DNA of 27,676 bases, taken from positions 1 through 27,676 of the forward strand of contig JAHHIK010000109.1 in assembly GCA_019358935.1 (NCBI GenBank), read 5' to 3'. The notes under the pieces are model-generated. The model had not been told where the DNA came from. It saw only the letters and a list, made by a program, of their open reading frames with translations, and searched no databases. The position numbers and the translations under genes were made by a program. The DNA comes from Tolypothrix carrinoi HA7290-LM1 (lineage in GTDB: Bacteria > Cyanobacteriota > Cyanobacteriia > Cyanobacteriales > Nostocaceae). This document shows, one piece after another, positions 1 to 9,158 of the stretch (position 1 is the stretch's first letter; each line of letters opens with the position of its first letter).

Positions 1-1367
1 GTGACGCAATTAGCGAATTATACATCAAAAAAGGTTACATTACTTCTGGAGCCTATATTCCACCTCAAACCCTCACCAGCGGTGTAGTCAAAATCCAGGT
101 GGTCGAAGGTGGTTTAGAAGACATCCAAATAACTGGTACTGGGCGGTTAAATCGCAATTATGTACGCAGCCGTTTAGCTCTAGCCACATCACCACCTTTT
201 AATCGCGATCGCCTGCTTGAAGCTTTGCAACTACTGCAACAAAATCCTCTAATTCAAAACTTGTCTGCCGAACTTGGTGCTGGTTCCCGTCCGGGTACAA
301 GTATACTATCAGTTAGAGTCAGGGAGGCTCGGTCATTTAATACTCAAATAGCTTTGGATAATGGGCGATCGCCTAGTGTTGGTAGTTTCCGCCGTCGCCT
401 TCAAATCAATGAAGCAAATTTACTCGGATTGGGGGATAATCTAAACGTCGGCTACACCAATACCGATGGTAGTAACTCCTTCGATGCTAGCTACACATTG
501 CCCCTTAATCCCCGTAACGGCACGCTCACCTTGAACTATGGCACTACATCCAGCAATGTCATCGAATATCCTTTTAATAAACTAGATATCGAATCAGCTT
601 CGCGCTACTATGATTTGACATTCCGCCAGCCAATAGTCCAGACTCCCACCCAAGAATTCGCCCTTGGTTTAACGGCTTCTCGACGCGAAAGTGATATCTC
701 ATCCTTGCTACAGAGAGAAGGAGTTCCCGCTAGTGAACTTTCGCCTGGGGCTGATGAACAAGGACGCACCCGCGTTTCATCGTTGCAATTTTTTCAAGAA
801 TGGACGAGTCGCAACAGCCGGGAAGTTATCGCCGCTCGTTCTGCATTCAACTTTGGCATCGGTGCGTTCGATGCCACGATTAATACAAACGCTCCAGATA
901 GTCGCTTTTTTTCTTGGCAGGGACAAGCGCAATGGGTGCGTCTTTTAGCTGAAGATACTTTATTATTAGTACGTGGCAATATGCAACTGGCAGACCGAGC
1001 GCTTTTGCCAATAGAGCAGTTTGGCTTAGGTGGTTTGGGAAGTGTCCGGGGATACCGCCAAGATTTGTTGCTGACAGATAATGGTGTATTCGCTACCGCC
1101 GAACTTCAATACCCGATCTTAAGACTTCCCAAGTCGCAAGGCGTTTTGCAAGTCGTCCCGTTTGTCGATGTAGGTAGCGCTTGGAATTCTCTTAGAGAAA
1201 ATCCAGAGGTGAACACCCTCGCGTCCGTCGGTTTTGGTTTACAGTGGCGTAGTGGCGGGTTTACTGCTCGTCTTGATTGGGGTATTCCTTTAGTATCTGT
1301 TGATTCGAGGGAAAGGACATGGCAAGAAAACGGCGTGTATTTTTCCATACTTTACAATCCATTTTGA
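1..1367 (+). CDS. ShlB/FhaC/HecB-family two-partner secretion (TpsB) outer-membrane transporter, 5'-truncated by the window
   Basis: The frame is open from base 3 (DAISELYIKKGYITSGAYIPPQ..GVVKIQVVEG, POTRA-like). It has the TpsB/Omp85 'SVRGY' motif, an alternating beta-barrel pattern and a C-terminal Phe. Confidence 0.93.
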   Translation, partial: DAISELYIKKGYITSGAYIPPQTLTSGVVKIQVVEGGLEDIQITGTGRLNRNYVRSRLALATSPPFNRDRLLEALQLLQQNPLIQNLSAELGAGSRPGTSILSVRVREARSFNTQIALDNGRSPSVGSFRRRLQINEANLLGLGDNLNVGYTNTDGSNSFDASYTLPLNPRNGTLTLNYGTTSSNVIEYPFNKLDIESASRYYDLTFRQPIVQTPTQEFALGLTASRRESDISSLLQREGVPASELSPGADEQGRTRVSSLQFFQEWTSRNSREVIAARSAFNFGIGAFDATINTNAPDSRFFSWQGQAQWVRLLAEDTLLLVRGNMQLADRALLPIEQFGLGGLGSVRGYRQDLLLTDNGVFATAELQYPILRLPKSQGVLQVVPFVDVGSAWNSLRENPEVNTLASVGFGLQWRSGGFTARLDWGIPLVSVDSRERTWQENGVYFSILYNPF

Positions 1368-1390
1368 AGCTTAAACGCTTTGCATGGTTT

Positions 1391-1432
1391 GTAGTAAGCG
1401 CTTTAGCGCTTAAAGAAGCACTCTTCGTGCTT
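1391..1432. repeat. Short palindromic cyanobacterial repeat / double hairpin after tpsB
   Basis: Two hairpins: taagcgct-tt-agcgctta and aagcac-tcttc-gtgctt. Confidence 0.5.
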
Positions 1433-1571
1433 AAGCTAATCAGCATTTAAGCTGCAATATGGGGTAAAAGTAGCGAAGACACTGTTGGCGAAATATTTAT
1501 TCACATGAAAAAGCCATAAAAACCAATCAATTTGGAGAAATTGTGAGTGACTTCTTGCAGCAGTTTTTCGC

Positions 1572-1668
1572 CAAACTAATCTGGGGGAAGCTTCCCCAAA
1601 ATTAGTTTTGTACAAAACTATAATTGTACTTTTGTATTACTATTTTATAGTGCAATTGTATAGTAATA
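1572..1668. promoter_or_regulatory. Palindrome cluster upstream of parA (candidate centromere/operator)
   Basis: ggggaagcttcccc (1584-1597); perfect 18-bp palindrome tagttttgtacaaaacta (1603-1620); inverted repeat tattactat/atagtaata (1635-1668). Confidence 0.5.
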
Positions 1669-1702
1669 TCTTTGTGCAATAAGTTATTAGTGCGCTACTA
1701 CA

Positions 1703-2560
1703 ATGCCACTTTTCTCAACTCCCACAATCGTCACCCTAGGATTGGCAGGGGGTCAGGGCAAGTCAACCGTTGCCCTGATGCTCGGTCGATACCTGGGGCG
1801 GTTAGGTATCCCGGTACTATTTATTGATGCTGACCCCCAGTCATCACTCACAAGTTTTCTAGGAGTCAAGGTGCAGCCCTCGACCCCCACACTGCTGGAA
1901 GTAATCACCCAAAGCGAAGAAAAAACACCCCTTATTAATGCGATCACCCCAGTGCCGGATGTCCAACTTGACAACCGCACTATCAGTAACGCTAACTTGT
2001 TTTTAATTCCCTCGGATGATGGCTTGGAGAACGCAAATTATAAGCTTGCAAGCAGCGGTATTAGTTTGTTTATCCTGAGAAATCGCTTACAGCCCATTGC
2101 CAACAACTTTGGGGTAATAATTGTTGACCCACCCCCTGAGCGATCGCACTTGGCGCAAACTTCCCTTGGTGCCGGTGATAAGTGGGTAATACCCGCAGAA
2201 GCCAACGTCAAGGGAGTGCAGTCTCTCGTTCGGACTTTGGAATTGGTGAAGGAATTTCAGCCAGCTTTACCCTATGGCTCACTCTTGGGAGTAGTTCCCT
2301 TTCGTGCCAAGTGGACGGGTGTAAACCCAACCAAAGCCACCAAAAGCAGTATCACGCTCATGGGCGAAATAGTAGGGAAAGACTTGATGTTACCCCACCT
2401 GCTCGAATCCGATGTATATAAAAATGCTATCAACCAACGGGTATCCCCAACAGACTTAGGACAGCCAAATCTTGAATATCCAATTTCAGTATTGGCGCAG
2501 AAGCTAAAACCAGCATTAGCCGAACACTACGCAAAATTAATCCCGTCATTAGCAGTGTAA
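1703..2560 (+). CDS. parA: ParA-family plasmid partition ATPase
   Basis: N-terminal GGQGKST Walker A, 'IDADPQSSLT' A' motif, 'IIVDPPP' Walker B; 285 aa. Confidence 0.92.
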   Translation: MPLFSTPTIVTLGLAGGQGKSTVALMLGRYLGRLGIPVLFIDADPQSSLTSFLGVKVQPSTPTLLEVITQSEEKTPLINAITPVPDVQLDNRTISNANLFLIPSDDGLENANYKLASSGISLFILRNRLQPIANNFGVIIVDPPPERSHLAQTSLGAGDKWVIPAEANVKGVQSLVRTLELVKEFQPALPYGSLLGVVPFRAKWTGVNPTKATKSSITLMGEIVGKDLMLPHLLESDVYKNAINQRVSPTDLGQPNLEYPISVLAQKLKPALAEHYAKLIPSLAV

Positions 2561-2582
2561 TTTATAGTAGCAGGAGCAACTA

Positions 2583-2999
2583 ATGAGCCTATTAGATGAG
2601 ATTCGCGATCGCGCAACACAACCTACCGTGGAGCCACGTATTGATGTATTGCAGCAAGAGAAGATTACTGAAACGTCTTGTGCGATCGCACTTCCCCCAA
2701 CTGAGATATCGGAACTCAAGCGATTAGAAGAATTACTCGCCAACTTTCCAGAAATTGCCGCTAGAATACCCGTGCGGTTAGAAACTCCAATTAAAGACGA
2801 ACTCGACGAATTGTGCAACCGAGAAAAAGTCACAATCGAAACATTGCTCGAAGCGTTTTACGTAACTTGTAAGGACAAGGAATCAGTGATGAAGCAAGTC
2901 GTGCATGTTGCCAAAAAGCGCCTAAAAAGCCGTAAAGAAGCGGGTAATATTCGCTCTAGTCTCACCAAACTCAATAACTTAACCAAAAATATAAAGTAG
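2583..2999 (+). CDS. Small ParA partner, probable RHH-type centromere-binding protein (type Ib par system)
   Basis: Starts 22 nt after parA with an AGGAG RBS. RIPVRL strand followed by two helices (ETPIKDELDELCNREK / TIETLLEAFY). Confidence 0.6.
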   Translation: MSLLDEIRDRATQPTVEPRIDVLQQEKITETSCAIALPPTEISELKRLEELLANFPEIAARIPVRLETPIKDELDELCNREKVTIETLLEAFYVTCKDKESVMKQVVHVAKKRLKSRKEAGNIRSSLTKLNNLTKNIK

Positions 3000-3084
3000 T
3001 AACGCGCGATCGCGCCCGTAACAACAACCCTCACTAATGTTCGCAGCACGAGCATCTGTTACCTGACACTGCATTTATAAGAGT

Positions 3085-4071
3085 TTACTTTGGATTGTCA
3101 ATTGAGCGCTTGACAGGAATCGACAACTTCTGCACAGCTTTACGCTTAGTTTCTTCTTCCCTTCTATCATACTTAGAAGTGACACTAGGAGAAGAATGAC
3201 CCGCAAGCTTTTGAACAGTAGCAATATCAACCCCAGCAGACAACAAATCAGAACAAAACGTCCTTCTAAAATCGTGAGGCGAAAACTTATCAACACCAGC
3301 TTGCAATGAACGCCGATTTAATATCTTTAACACAGCATCCGCGCACAGAGAACGCAATTCAACTATTCCCCCTTTTCTAACATGACACAACAGTGGTCCT
3401 GGTTTACGTCCTCGCACATCAAGCCAAGCTTCTACAAGCATTGTTGCATCATCCGGTAAATAAACTTTTCGATATGACCCTCTTTTCCCCTTGTGTATCG
3501 TAATCGCACCAGAACCTGGGTCAAAATCTTTTATCTTTAGTTGAACCACCTCATTACGCCTCAACCCTGAACCACGTAAAATCGCAATCAGCGCCGCATC
3601 TCTTATATCAATGGCACTTTGCTTTTGGGTAAGACAAACATCCATCAACGCTGCAATTTCGTCTGAACTTAAAGCGCGACCTCTAGGTTCAGTTGTCGGA
3701 GTATCAATTGGTTCCAAATCTGTTGCGCCGTAATACGCCTCAAAACTCATCAACCCCAACCTGTAAGCTTCCTTCAACACCCGCCGCAAAGCACACAACA
3801 TTTTTTTCGCCGTCGCCGGTGCAAACTTCTTTTTCAGTGCTGACCGTACCGCCGCCGTGTGAGAATATTGTAATTTAGCCCAGTCCAAAGTTAATGCATC
3901 GCACTGCTTATCAGTTAACAGAGACGCGATCGCATCAAGGGCGTGACGCATCGTCGGCTGTGAACCCTCACTCAACCCGCCTAGATACACCAAAGCCGGG
4001 TGCAAATTGGCTGGAAGAGGCACCGAAAGCTTAATGTCACTTATATCGCATTGCTGGGTAATCGAGCGCAC
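3085..4071 (-). CDS. Tyrosine recombinase (XerC/D-like), probable plasmid multimer resolvase or integrase
   Basis: Full catalytic set: GLRRNE (R), KGK (K), HDFRRTF (HxxR), LAGH (H), TSKYDRR (Y). Confidence 0.93.
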   Translation of the reverse strand: MRSITQQCDISDIKLSVPLPANLHPALVYLGGLSEGSQPTMRHALDAIASLLTDKQCDALTLDWAKLQYSHTAAVRSALKKKFAPATAKKMLCALRRVLKEAYRLGLMSFEAYYGATDLEPIDTPTTEPRGRALSSDEIAALMDVCLTQKQSAIDIRDAALIAILRGSGLRRNEVVQLKIKDFDPGSGAITIHKGKRGSYRKVYLPDDATMLVEAWLDVRGRKPGPLLCHVRKGGIVELRSLCADAVLKILNRRSLQAGVDKFSPHDFRRTFCSDLLSAGVDIATVQKLAGHSSPSVTSKYDRREEETKRKAVQKLSIPVKRSIDNPK

Positions 4072-4280
4072 TTTTCTCTTTGGAACTGGTGTTCTAGCGA
4101 ATTATTTTATTTTCTCACCTGTGTGCGAACCCACAACACGCATTACGTTATTGGTGCGGAGCGTTTTTTGTCCGCTTTGACCGACATGACTAGTACAGTA
4201 CGGGGATCGTGCTTTTTTTTTGGGTAAGCGTTCATGTGTCTGTACCAACAACGGGGCAATCATTAACTAATCTTCTTCTT

Positions 4281-4319
4281 GCAGTATTGATATCACGCTC
4301 ATCACGATATCAATACTGC
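4281..4319. promoter_or_regulatory. Perfect 14-bp inverted repeat upstream of the recombinase
   Basis: gcagtattgatatc-N11-gatatcaatactgc. Confidence 0.55.
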
Positions 4320-4658
4320 TATCACCATGAGAAATGCCTGTTCTTTAATTACAAAAATACTTAGTATACAAACTAATTTGGACAATCAAATGCACTATCT
4401 CTACCAACAAATGAGAGATTAACAGGAAAGCATTGTATTTATCTATACCGTAACTCTGTAGGTCGAAAAAGTCATCGCAACGAAACAGCCCCACATACCA
4501 ATCCCAAGCGCATAGTAGCAGGATTACCAGTACATAAGTATTACTAAAATAATGGGATAGTTTAGCCTACTTCAGTTATACTGACGTATCGCAGCAGTAT
4601 TCCCCTTTTCATCACACAACACGCGCGAACCAAGGCAAGCGTCGGGCGTCGGTAACTA

Positions 4659-5084
4659 TCAATTGTTTCGTTCAAAGTCGGGGCAATTCTCTGGTTGTTC
4701 TGGATTAACCGCGCAAGGCAAGTAACCATTTGGAGAATGATACTTACAGTGTCTACATTGGTTCTCAATTACATCCATTTTCTGCCTTAACTCTGCATCA
4801 ACTCGGATCATCTCTTCATCTAACAAATTTTCCCCTACAAATTTAGCAATGCCTACCCCACTCCCTACTAAAAACAGTCCAGCCGATGTCGAAACTGCCC
4901 CATAGAACATCATATTTTTGATAATCGGTTGTTGTGGTTCTAATGCTTGACTTAAGTTATTAATGACTTTGCCAGAAAGCCCTAATAAACAGCTACCTCC
5001 CCCTACCATAATCATTATTGCTCCTGAGACTCCAAGTGAGACAGTAGTAACTTCAATCAAATCTAATAATTTAGCTTTCATCAT
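4659..5084 (-). CDS. Membrane protein with C-terminal Cys4 putative Zn-finger
   Basis: Two Gly-rich hydrophobic segments, then CRHCKY..LPCAVNP..NCPDFE, resembling cyanobacterial 'CAVNP' (DUF6464-like) tails. Confidence 0.7.
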   Translation of the reverse strand: MMKAKLLDLIEVTTVSLGVSGAIMIMVGGGSCLLGLSGKVINNLSQALEPQQPIIKNMMFYGAVSTSAGLFLVGSGVGIAKFVGENLLDEEMIRVDAELRQKMDVIENQCRHCKYHSPNGYLPCAVNPEQPENCPDFERNN

Positions 5085-5155
5085 TTCTCAAATATATTAA
5101 TTGTGTGTCGTTATAATCGCGTAAGCCTATTCTGACTTCTGTGCCGTCAGTAAAT

Positions 5156-6601
5156 TCATAATTCAGCAACCCTCATAGGTGTGCCGTTGAAATGGGCATG
5201 AATTGTTTCGGCTCTAAACCAGCTTGGTAATGTCTTCTCTACATCCGATAAATTATTCCCGTTGTCATCCTTCAAGCCAGTCTTAATAACGATTCTAGGT
5301 AAAGGTTTGCGATTATCTAGAGTAAACTTTTTCAGATAAAACGCACCCTTTCTCATTTCAGCAGTGCCGTCACCAAAGGCAGCATTAGTTAAATTATGCG
5401 TCACACCGATGAAGTACTCTTTAGCCTTGCGAGTATCTGAAAAAGTTGAGGTGACAAATCGCTCTACAGATTCTTTATCAATTTTGGCTAACTGGGTAAA
5501 TTCGTCGATGATGAATTGTTCTGATTGATTATCCGGCAACTTAGCTTTAATCCGCACATCCCGACGGTCTACAGTATCTTGTAAAACCGATAAGATAGCT
5601 GAATCATTATCAGCTTTTTCAATGGCTTCTAGAAGGTTCCAGACATCGATATTTTCACCATTAAGGTGTCTATCAGCAACGCGAAAAACTGGAATATCTA
5701 AACAATGCTTTCTAATCAAACCAATGGCTACTGATGTATTTGTTTTCCCGGTTCCCATATCTCCCACAATCCAAATAGGTTTGATGGCATTGATTAAAGT
5801 CCACAGCCAACCATCCTCCCAGTTTTTCAAAGCTTCAACTAACTCATTAACTCTCTGCTTATTTGATTGGGTTGTGTTATCTCCGTTGGAATCAAAAATT
5901 TTAGCTCTCTCTATTTTGTCTTTTTCTTTATCAGCTTTGGCTGCATCGAGAAGATTTTCTGCCCGAAGTTTATCCATCTGCGAATCTGCGGTGGCAAATT
6001 GTTTGAGTGTCGATGCATGGGTTTTATCTTGAATTTCTGTCTGTCGTCGCAGTCGGTAAGCAATAGCATCGACTGAAATAAAGCCAGCTTTTACTCGTTG
6101 CTTATCCCAATTAGAGTTAATTGAGGTTGCTTTAAAATCACGTTCTGAGCGGACGCTAACACCAATTAGTTTAATTTGAGTTTTATATCCTTCTAGTTCG
6201 TAATGTGCCGACTCCTCATTTAATTCCGATTTCTTTGCCCAGCACAGATAAGCTATTCCGGAAGCAATGGGCGCCACTAAAAACCAAATTACTTTATCTT
6301 CAGTAGCAGGAATGTTACGGATAATTAATGATGATTCGGGGATTGGGTTTGATGACTCAAATTGTTTTTGTTCCCAAACTTCCTTGAGTAACTTACGCTC
6401 GTGTCTACAATATTTTTTATCGAGTTTTTGTTGCGCGCGCTGACTAAATTCTTTACCAAAACTAGGAGGAAGGTTCGCGGTCTGGGGGCAGAAACGGACT
6501 GCTACCAGGTCATAAGGTCGCTTGCTTTGACCTAAAAGCATAGAACAAGCGGCGGCAATTGTTACCCATAAAACTGTTAAACCTGCATATGGAGTTTTCA
6601 T
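5156..6601 (-). CDS. Membrane-anchored P-loop ATPase (FtsK/HerA/T4CP-like)
   Basis: Two N-terminal hydrophobic segments (about aa 7-24 and 104-121), a charged helical linker, Walker A GDMGTGKT and Walker B FIIDEF. Its start overlaps the upstream stop (ATGA). Confidence 0.75.
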   Translation of the reverse strand: MKTPYAGLTVLWVTIAAACSMLLGQSKRPYDLVAVRFCPQTANLPPSFGKEFSQRAQQKLDKKYCRHERKLLKEVWEQKQFESSNPIPESSLIIRNIPATEDKVIWFLVAPIASGIAYLCWAKKSELNEESAHYELEGYKTQIKLIGVSVRSERDFKATSINSNWDKQRVKAGFISVDAIAYRLRRQTEIQDKTHASTLKQFATADSQMDKLRAENLLDAAKADKEKDKIERAKIFDSNGDNTTQSNKQRVNELVEALKNWEDGWLWTLINAIKPIWIVGDMGTGKTNTSVAIGLIRKHCLDIPVFRVADRHLNGENIDVWNLLEAIEKADNDSAILSVLQDTVDRRDVRIKAKLPDNQSEQFIIDEFTQLAKIDKESVERFVTSTFSDTRKAKEYFIGVTHNLTNAAFGDGTAEMRKGAFYLKKFTLDNRKPLPRIVIKTGLKDDNGNNLSDVEKTLPSWFRAETIHAHFNGTPMRVAEL

Positions 6602-7185
6602 CTTCTCCTTCCATCGACGATTACATAAATCCCTGCCAGCCCAATTAACCCCCCTACAATTAAAATAGTGTTCTGTTTCTCATCGGGTAACTTATTAAAA
6701 TCCTCCACTGTGGTTTGGAGATTTTTGTAAGTTTCTCTGGAGCTATGAATAACACTTAAAAAGTTTCCTAATGCACTCCAAATTAAAAAAGCAGTTACTA
6801 CAGTCGAAAATCCAAACTTTATAAGCCTCCCCATGATGTCTTGATTCCCTTCATTATTACGGTTAATTAATTCCTCAATTGTTTCCCGGTTCGTTATTTG
6901 GTTAATGATTAAAATCGCTGAAAATGCTAACGCTATCCCATCCATTCCACTTGTCAGTATTAAAAACCGAGCCACGCTATAAGAAGTAATCCCCCAAAAG
7001 CTCATTTCTAGCCCCTTTAACACGCTGCGATTCTTATTCAGTTTGCGGGTTAAATTCTCTTTATAAGCTTTGATAGCTGACTGCTCGTCGAGGGTAAATG
7101 AATTATCTTCCTCGGTTGGGTAGTTCGATTCTTGAACGCTATTTCCTTCTGCCTCAAAATCTGTCATATGGAATAATATGTGCAT
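6598..7185 (-). CDS. Hypothetical integral membrane protein (about 4 TM segments)
   Basis: Several hydrophobic helices; GGAGG RBS 7 nt before the ATG. Confidence 0.75.
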   Translation of the reverse strand: MHILFHMTDFEAEGNSVQESNYPTEEDNSFTLDEQSAIKAYKENLTRKLNKNRSVLKGLEMSFWGITSYSVARFLILTSGMDGIALAFSAILIINQITNRETIEELINRNNEGNQDIMGRLIKFGFSTVVTAFLIWSALGNFLSVIHSSRETYKNLQTTVEDFNKLPDEKQNTILIVGGLIGLAGIYVIVDGRRR

Positions 7186-7224
7186 ATTCGTGCCTCCAGG
7201 TACGCGTTACTCGGAGGCAATTTA

Positions 7225-7881
7225 TTAATTAAACATGTCGCGGATTTCGTTCCACAGTTTTACAAGGGGATTGGTGGAATAATGCTTTTTGGGAATCAGG
7301 CTTAAATCGCTGTCCGAGCCATTCTCTAGCAGGTGTTTAATCTTTTTATCTTCGTAATCTCTATCTGCTTTCATCTGTGCTAGAAATGGCTTATTGCTGA
7401 TAGATTCTAAACTAGCCTTTGCGTTTACAGTAGCCATCTGTGTGTCTATCCAAGCCTGTAATTCAATCACGGACATCGCATCATCATGTCGTTGATTCTC
7501 AGACTCTAGCTTGGCGAATAAACTAGTTTTATACTCTTCAATCAGGTTGTTGTACCGGGTGTTCTCCAGGGCTAATTCTCCCCCAGCTTTATCAATAGCT
7601 AGTGCCCCTTTAGAACCAGACTTATAAATATCTGCTAGGGCTGTGTTGTATTCGGTTGTACCTTCGATATAGGCTTTAAGATTTTCTCGGATAAGTGGCA
7701 TAGACGTAGCTAAACGCTCTCCCGTCCGTCCCATGTCTCCTATCTCTTTTAAAGCCTTTTCATCCCCGTTTACGGCTCGAATTATTAGAGAATTATTGAT
7801 GCCGAACTTCTTAGCAGTAGCTTTTTTAATCTCTTGACCGTAGGTTGAAACGTGGTCACGTATATGTTTTGATGCTTTCAT
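7225..7881 (-). CDS. Hypothetical helical/coiled-coil protein
   Basis: 218-aa ORF within the operon; amphipathic C-terminal helix NPLVKLWNEIRDMFN. Confidence 0.75.
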   Translation of the reverse strand: MKASKHIRDHVSTYGQEIKKATAKKFGINNSLIIRAVNGDEKALKEIGDMGRTGERLATSMPLIRENLKAYIEGTTEYNTALADIYKSGSKGALAIDKAGGELALENTRYNNLIEEYKTSLFAKLESENQRHDDAMSVIELQAWIDTQMATVNAKASLESISNKPFLAQMKADRDYEDKKIKHLLENGSDSDLSLIPKKHYSTNPLVKLWNEIRDMFN

Positions 7882-7883
7882 TT

Positions 7884-8060
7884 TTAATCATCCTTGCATT
7901 GATGACGACAGAGATATCCTTGCTCAATTAAACGTTGCTCTCGTTGCCGGGGAGTTAGCGGTCTAAAACTCCAAATAAACTGAATTAGTAGAGGCAATAG
8001 TGCAATCCCAAACAAGAGCAAGTAAACAGTATAGGGATTAAGTTTTGAACGCGGCTGCAA
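7884..8060 (-). CDS. Small single-TM protein missing from the ORF track (58 aa from TTG, or the frameshift extension of the upstream gene)
   Basis: Translates as (M)QPRSKLNPYTVYLLLFGIALLPLLIQFIWSFRPLTPRQREQRLIEQGYLCRHQCKDD*. It fills the operon gap and stops 2 nt before the next ATG. Confidence 0.65.
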   Translation of the reverse strand: MQPRSKLNPYTVYLLLFGIALLPLLIQFIWSFRPLTPRQREQRLIEQGYLCRHQCKDD

Positions 8061-8703
8061 TGATTTTTGATAGTTCTCTCTGCTTGGCTGACTGGGAGCG
8101 AAAAAAGTTGTTCATTTCCCCGAACTCCCCGACCAAGGTTTGATTTAATTGCTTTCTCCGGAACTCGATATGTTCCCTGGCATCCTTTATTTTCTGCTCT
8201 AACTTATTGGATCGATGGTCATGGTAGGTAACAATCGCTTCTACGACTGACTCAATAAAACACTCATGGTCGAGAAAACTATCTTTAATCCCAGTCGCTA
8301 AATCTACTACTTCAACTTCTGATAATTCAATCCCTAATGCCGATGCTTGGGACGCTACTAAATCCTGTTTTTGTTCTGAACTAATTACTATTTCTGATGA
8401 TTCTTCCTCATATGAGTCAGGCTGAAGTATTTCATTAATTCCAGGTTCATTAACTAAATTCTCGCATCGAAGAGGCTGGGGGATTGGCTGTAATAAGCTA
8501 TCGCTCTTCGCTACTGACGGTAGCGGTACTTCAACAACGCTGAACTTATCTAGCAACTTCGCAGTTATTAAATCAGCCAAATCCGAAGTTAAGTTTTCAT
8601 GGTTATAGCCAAGTGAGCTAACTTCTTCCAATAAGACAGCACGAGATTTTTTAATGTCCTTATGCGATAACCGAGATTGAATCCGCTTTATGTAATCAGT
8701 CAT
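8038..8703 (-). CDS. Hypothetical protein with C-terminal coiled coil
   Basis: 221 aa; ATGA overlap with the upstream gene. Confidence 0.75.
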   Translation of the reverse strand: MTDYIKRIQSRLSHKDIKKSRAVLLEEVSSLGYNHENLTSDLADLITAKLLDKFSVVEVPLPSVAKSDSLLQPIPQPLRCENLVNEPGINEILQPDSYEEESSEIVISSEQKQDLVASQASALGIELSEVEVVDLATGIKDSFLDHECFIESVVEAIVTYHDHRSNKLEQKIKDAREHIEFRRKQLNQTLVGEFGEMNNFFRSQSAKQRELSKIIAAAFKT

Positions 8704-9158
8704 GATGCCTCTTTAATAAATGTTTGAGAAACGTTATTTATTTCCTGACGCAGTTTGTATGTGTGAGCCGCAAGGATTACTGGGTACAATTCTTTGAGTG
8801 AATAAATGCGTGTTTGACGAAATCCATTTAGAGGTTTAAACCACTTTGTAAGGGTGTTGGCATGAATTGTTATGTTGTATTGTTCAAACAATTCAAGTAA
8901 CTGTTTGCCGCTAATTTGTGATGCCTGGTTAGCGATTAAGTTGTTGGCTTCCCTAACAGAATTAACAATTGGTACAATCCTTAAGTTGCATTTGGGAAGC
9001 TGCTTTTTAATCTCAGCCAACCACTTAATATTCTGTTTCGTAAATGGGAAGTCATCGCCAAAAACAGGCTTCAACCGATACCAACTTGCATCGCTGATAC
9101 GCTTTCCTAGTACTGACTCAAATACCTCTCTTGCTTCTTTTTGGTCTAGTTTGATCAT
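8700..9158 (-). CDS. Tandem winged-HTH (MerR/Xis-like) DNA-binding protein, first gene of the operon
   Basis: Two HTH-like modules (EAREVFESVLGKRISDASWYRLK; SGKQLLELF..IHANTLTKWF..RIYSLKEL). ATG 9158 preferred over the track's TTG at 9236. Confidence 0.6.
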   Translation of the reverse strand: MIKLDQKEAREVFESVLGKRISDASWYRLKPVFGDDFPFTKQNIKWLAEIKKQLPKCNLRIVPIVNSVREANNLIANQASQISGKQLLELFEQYNITIHANTLTKWFKPLNGFRQTRIYSLKELYPVILAAHTYKLRQEINNVSQTFIKEAS

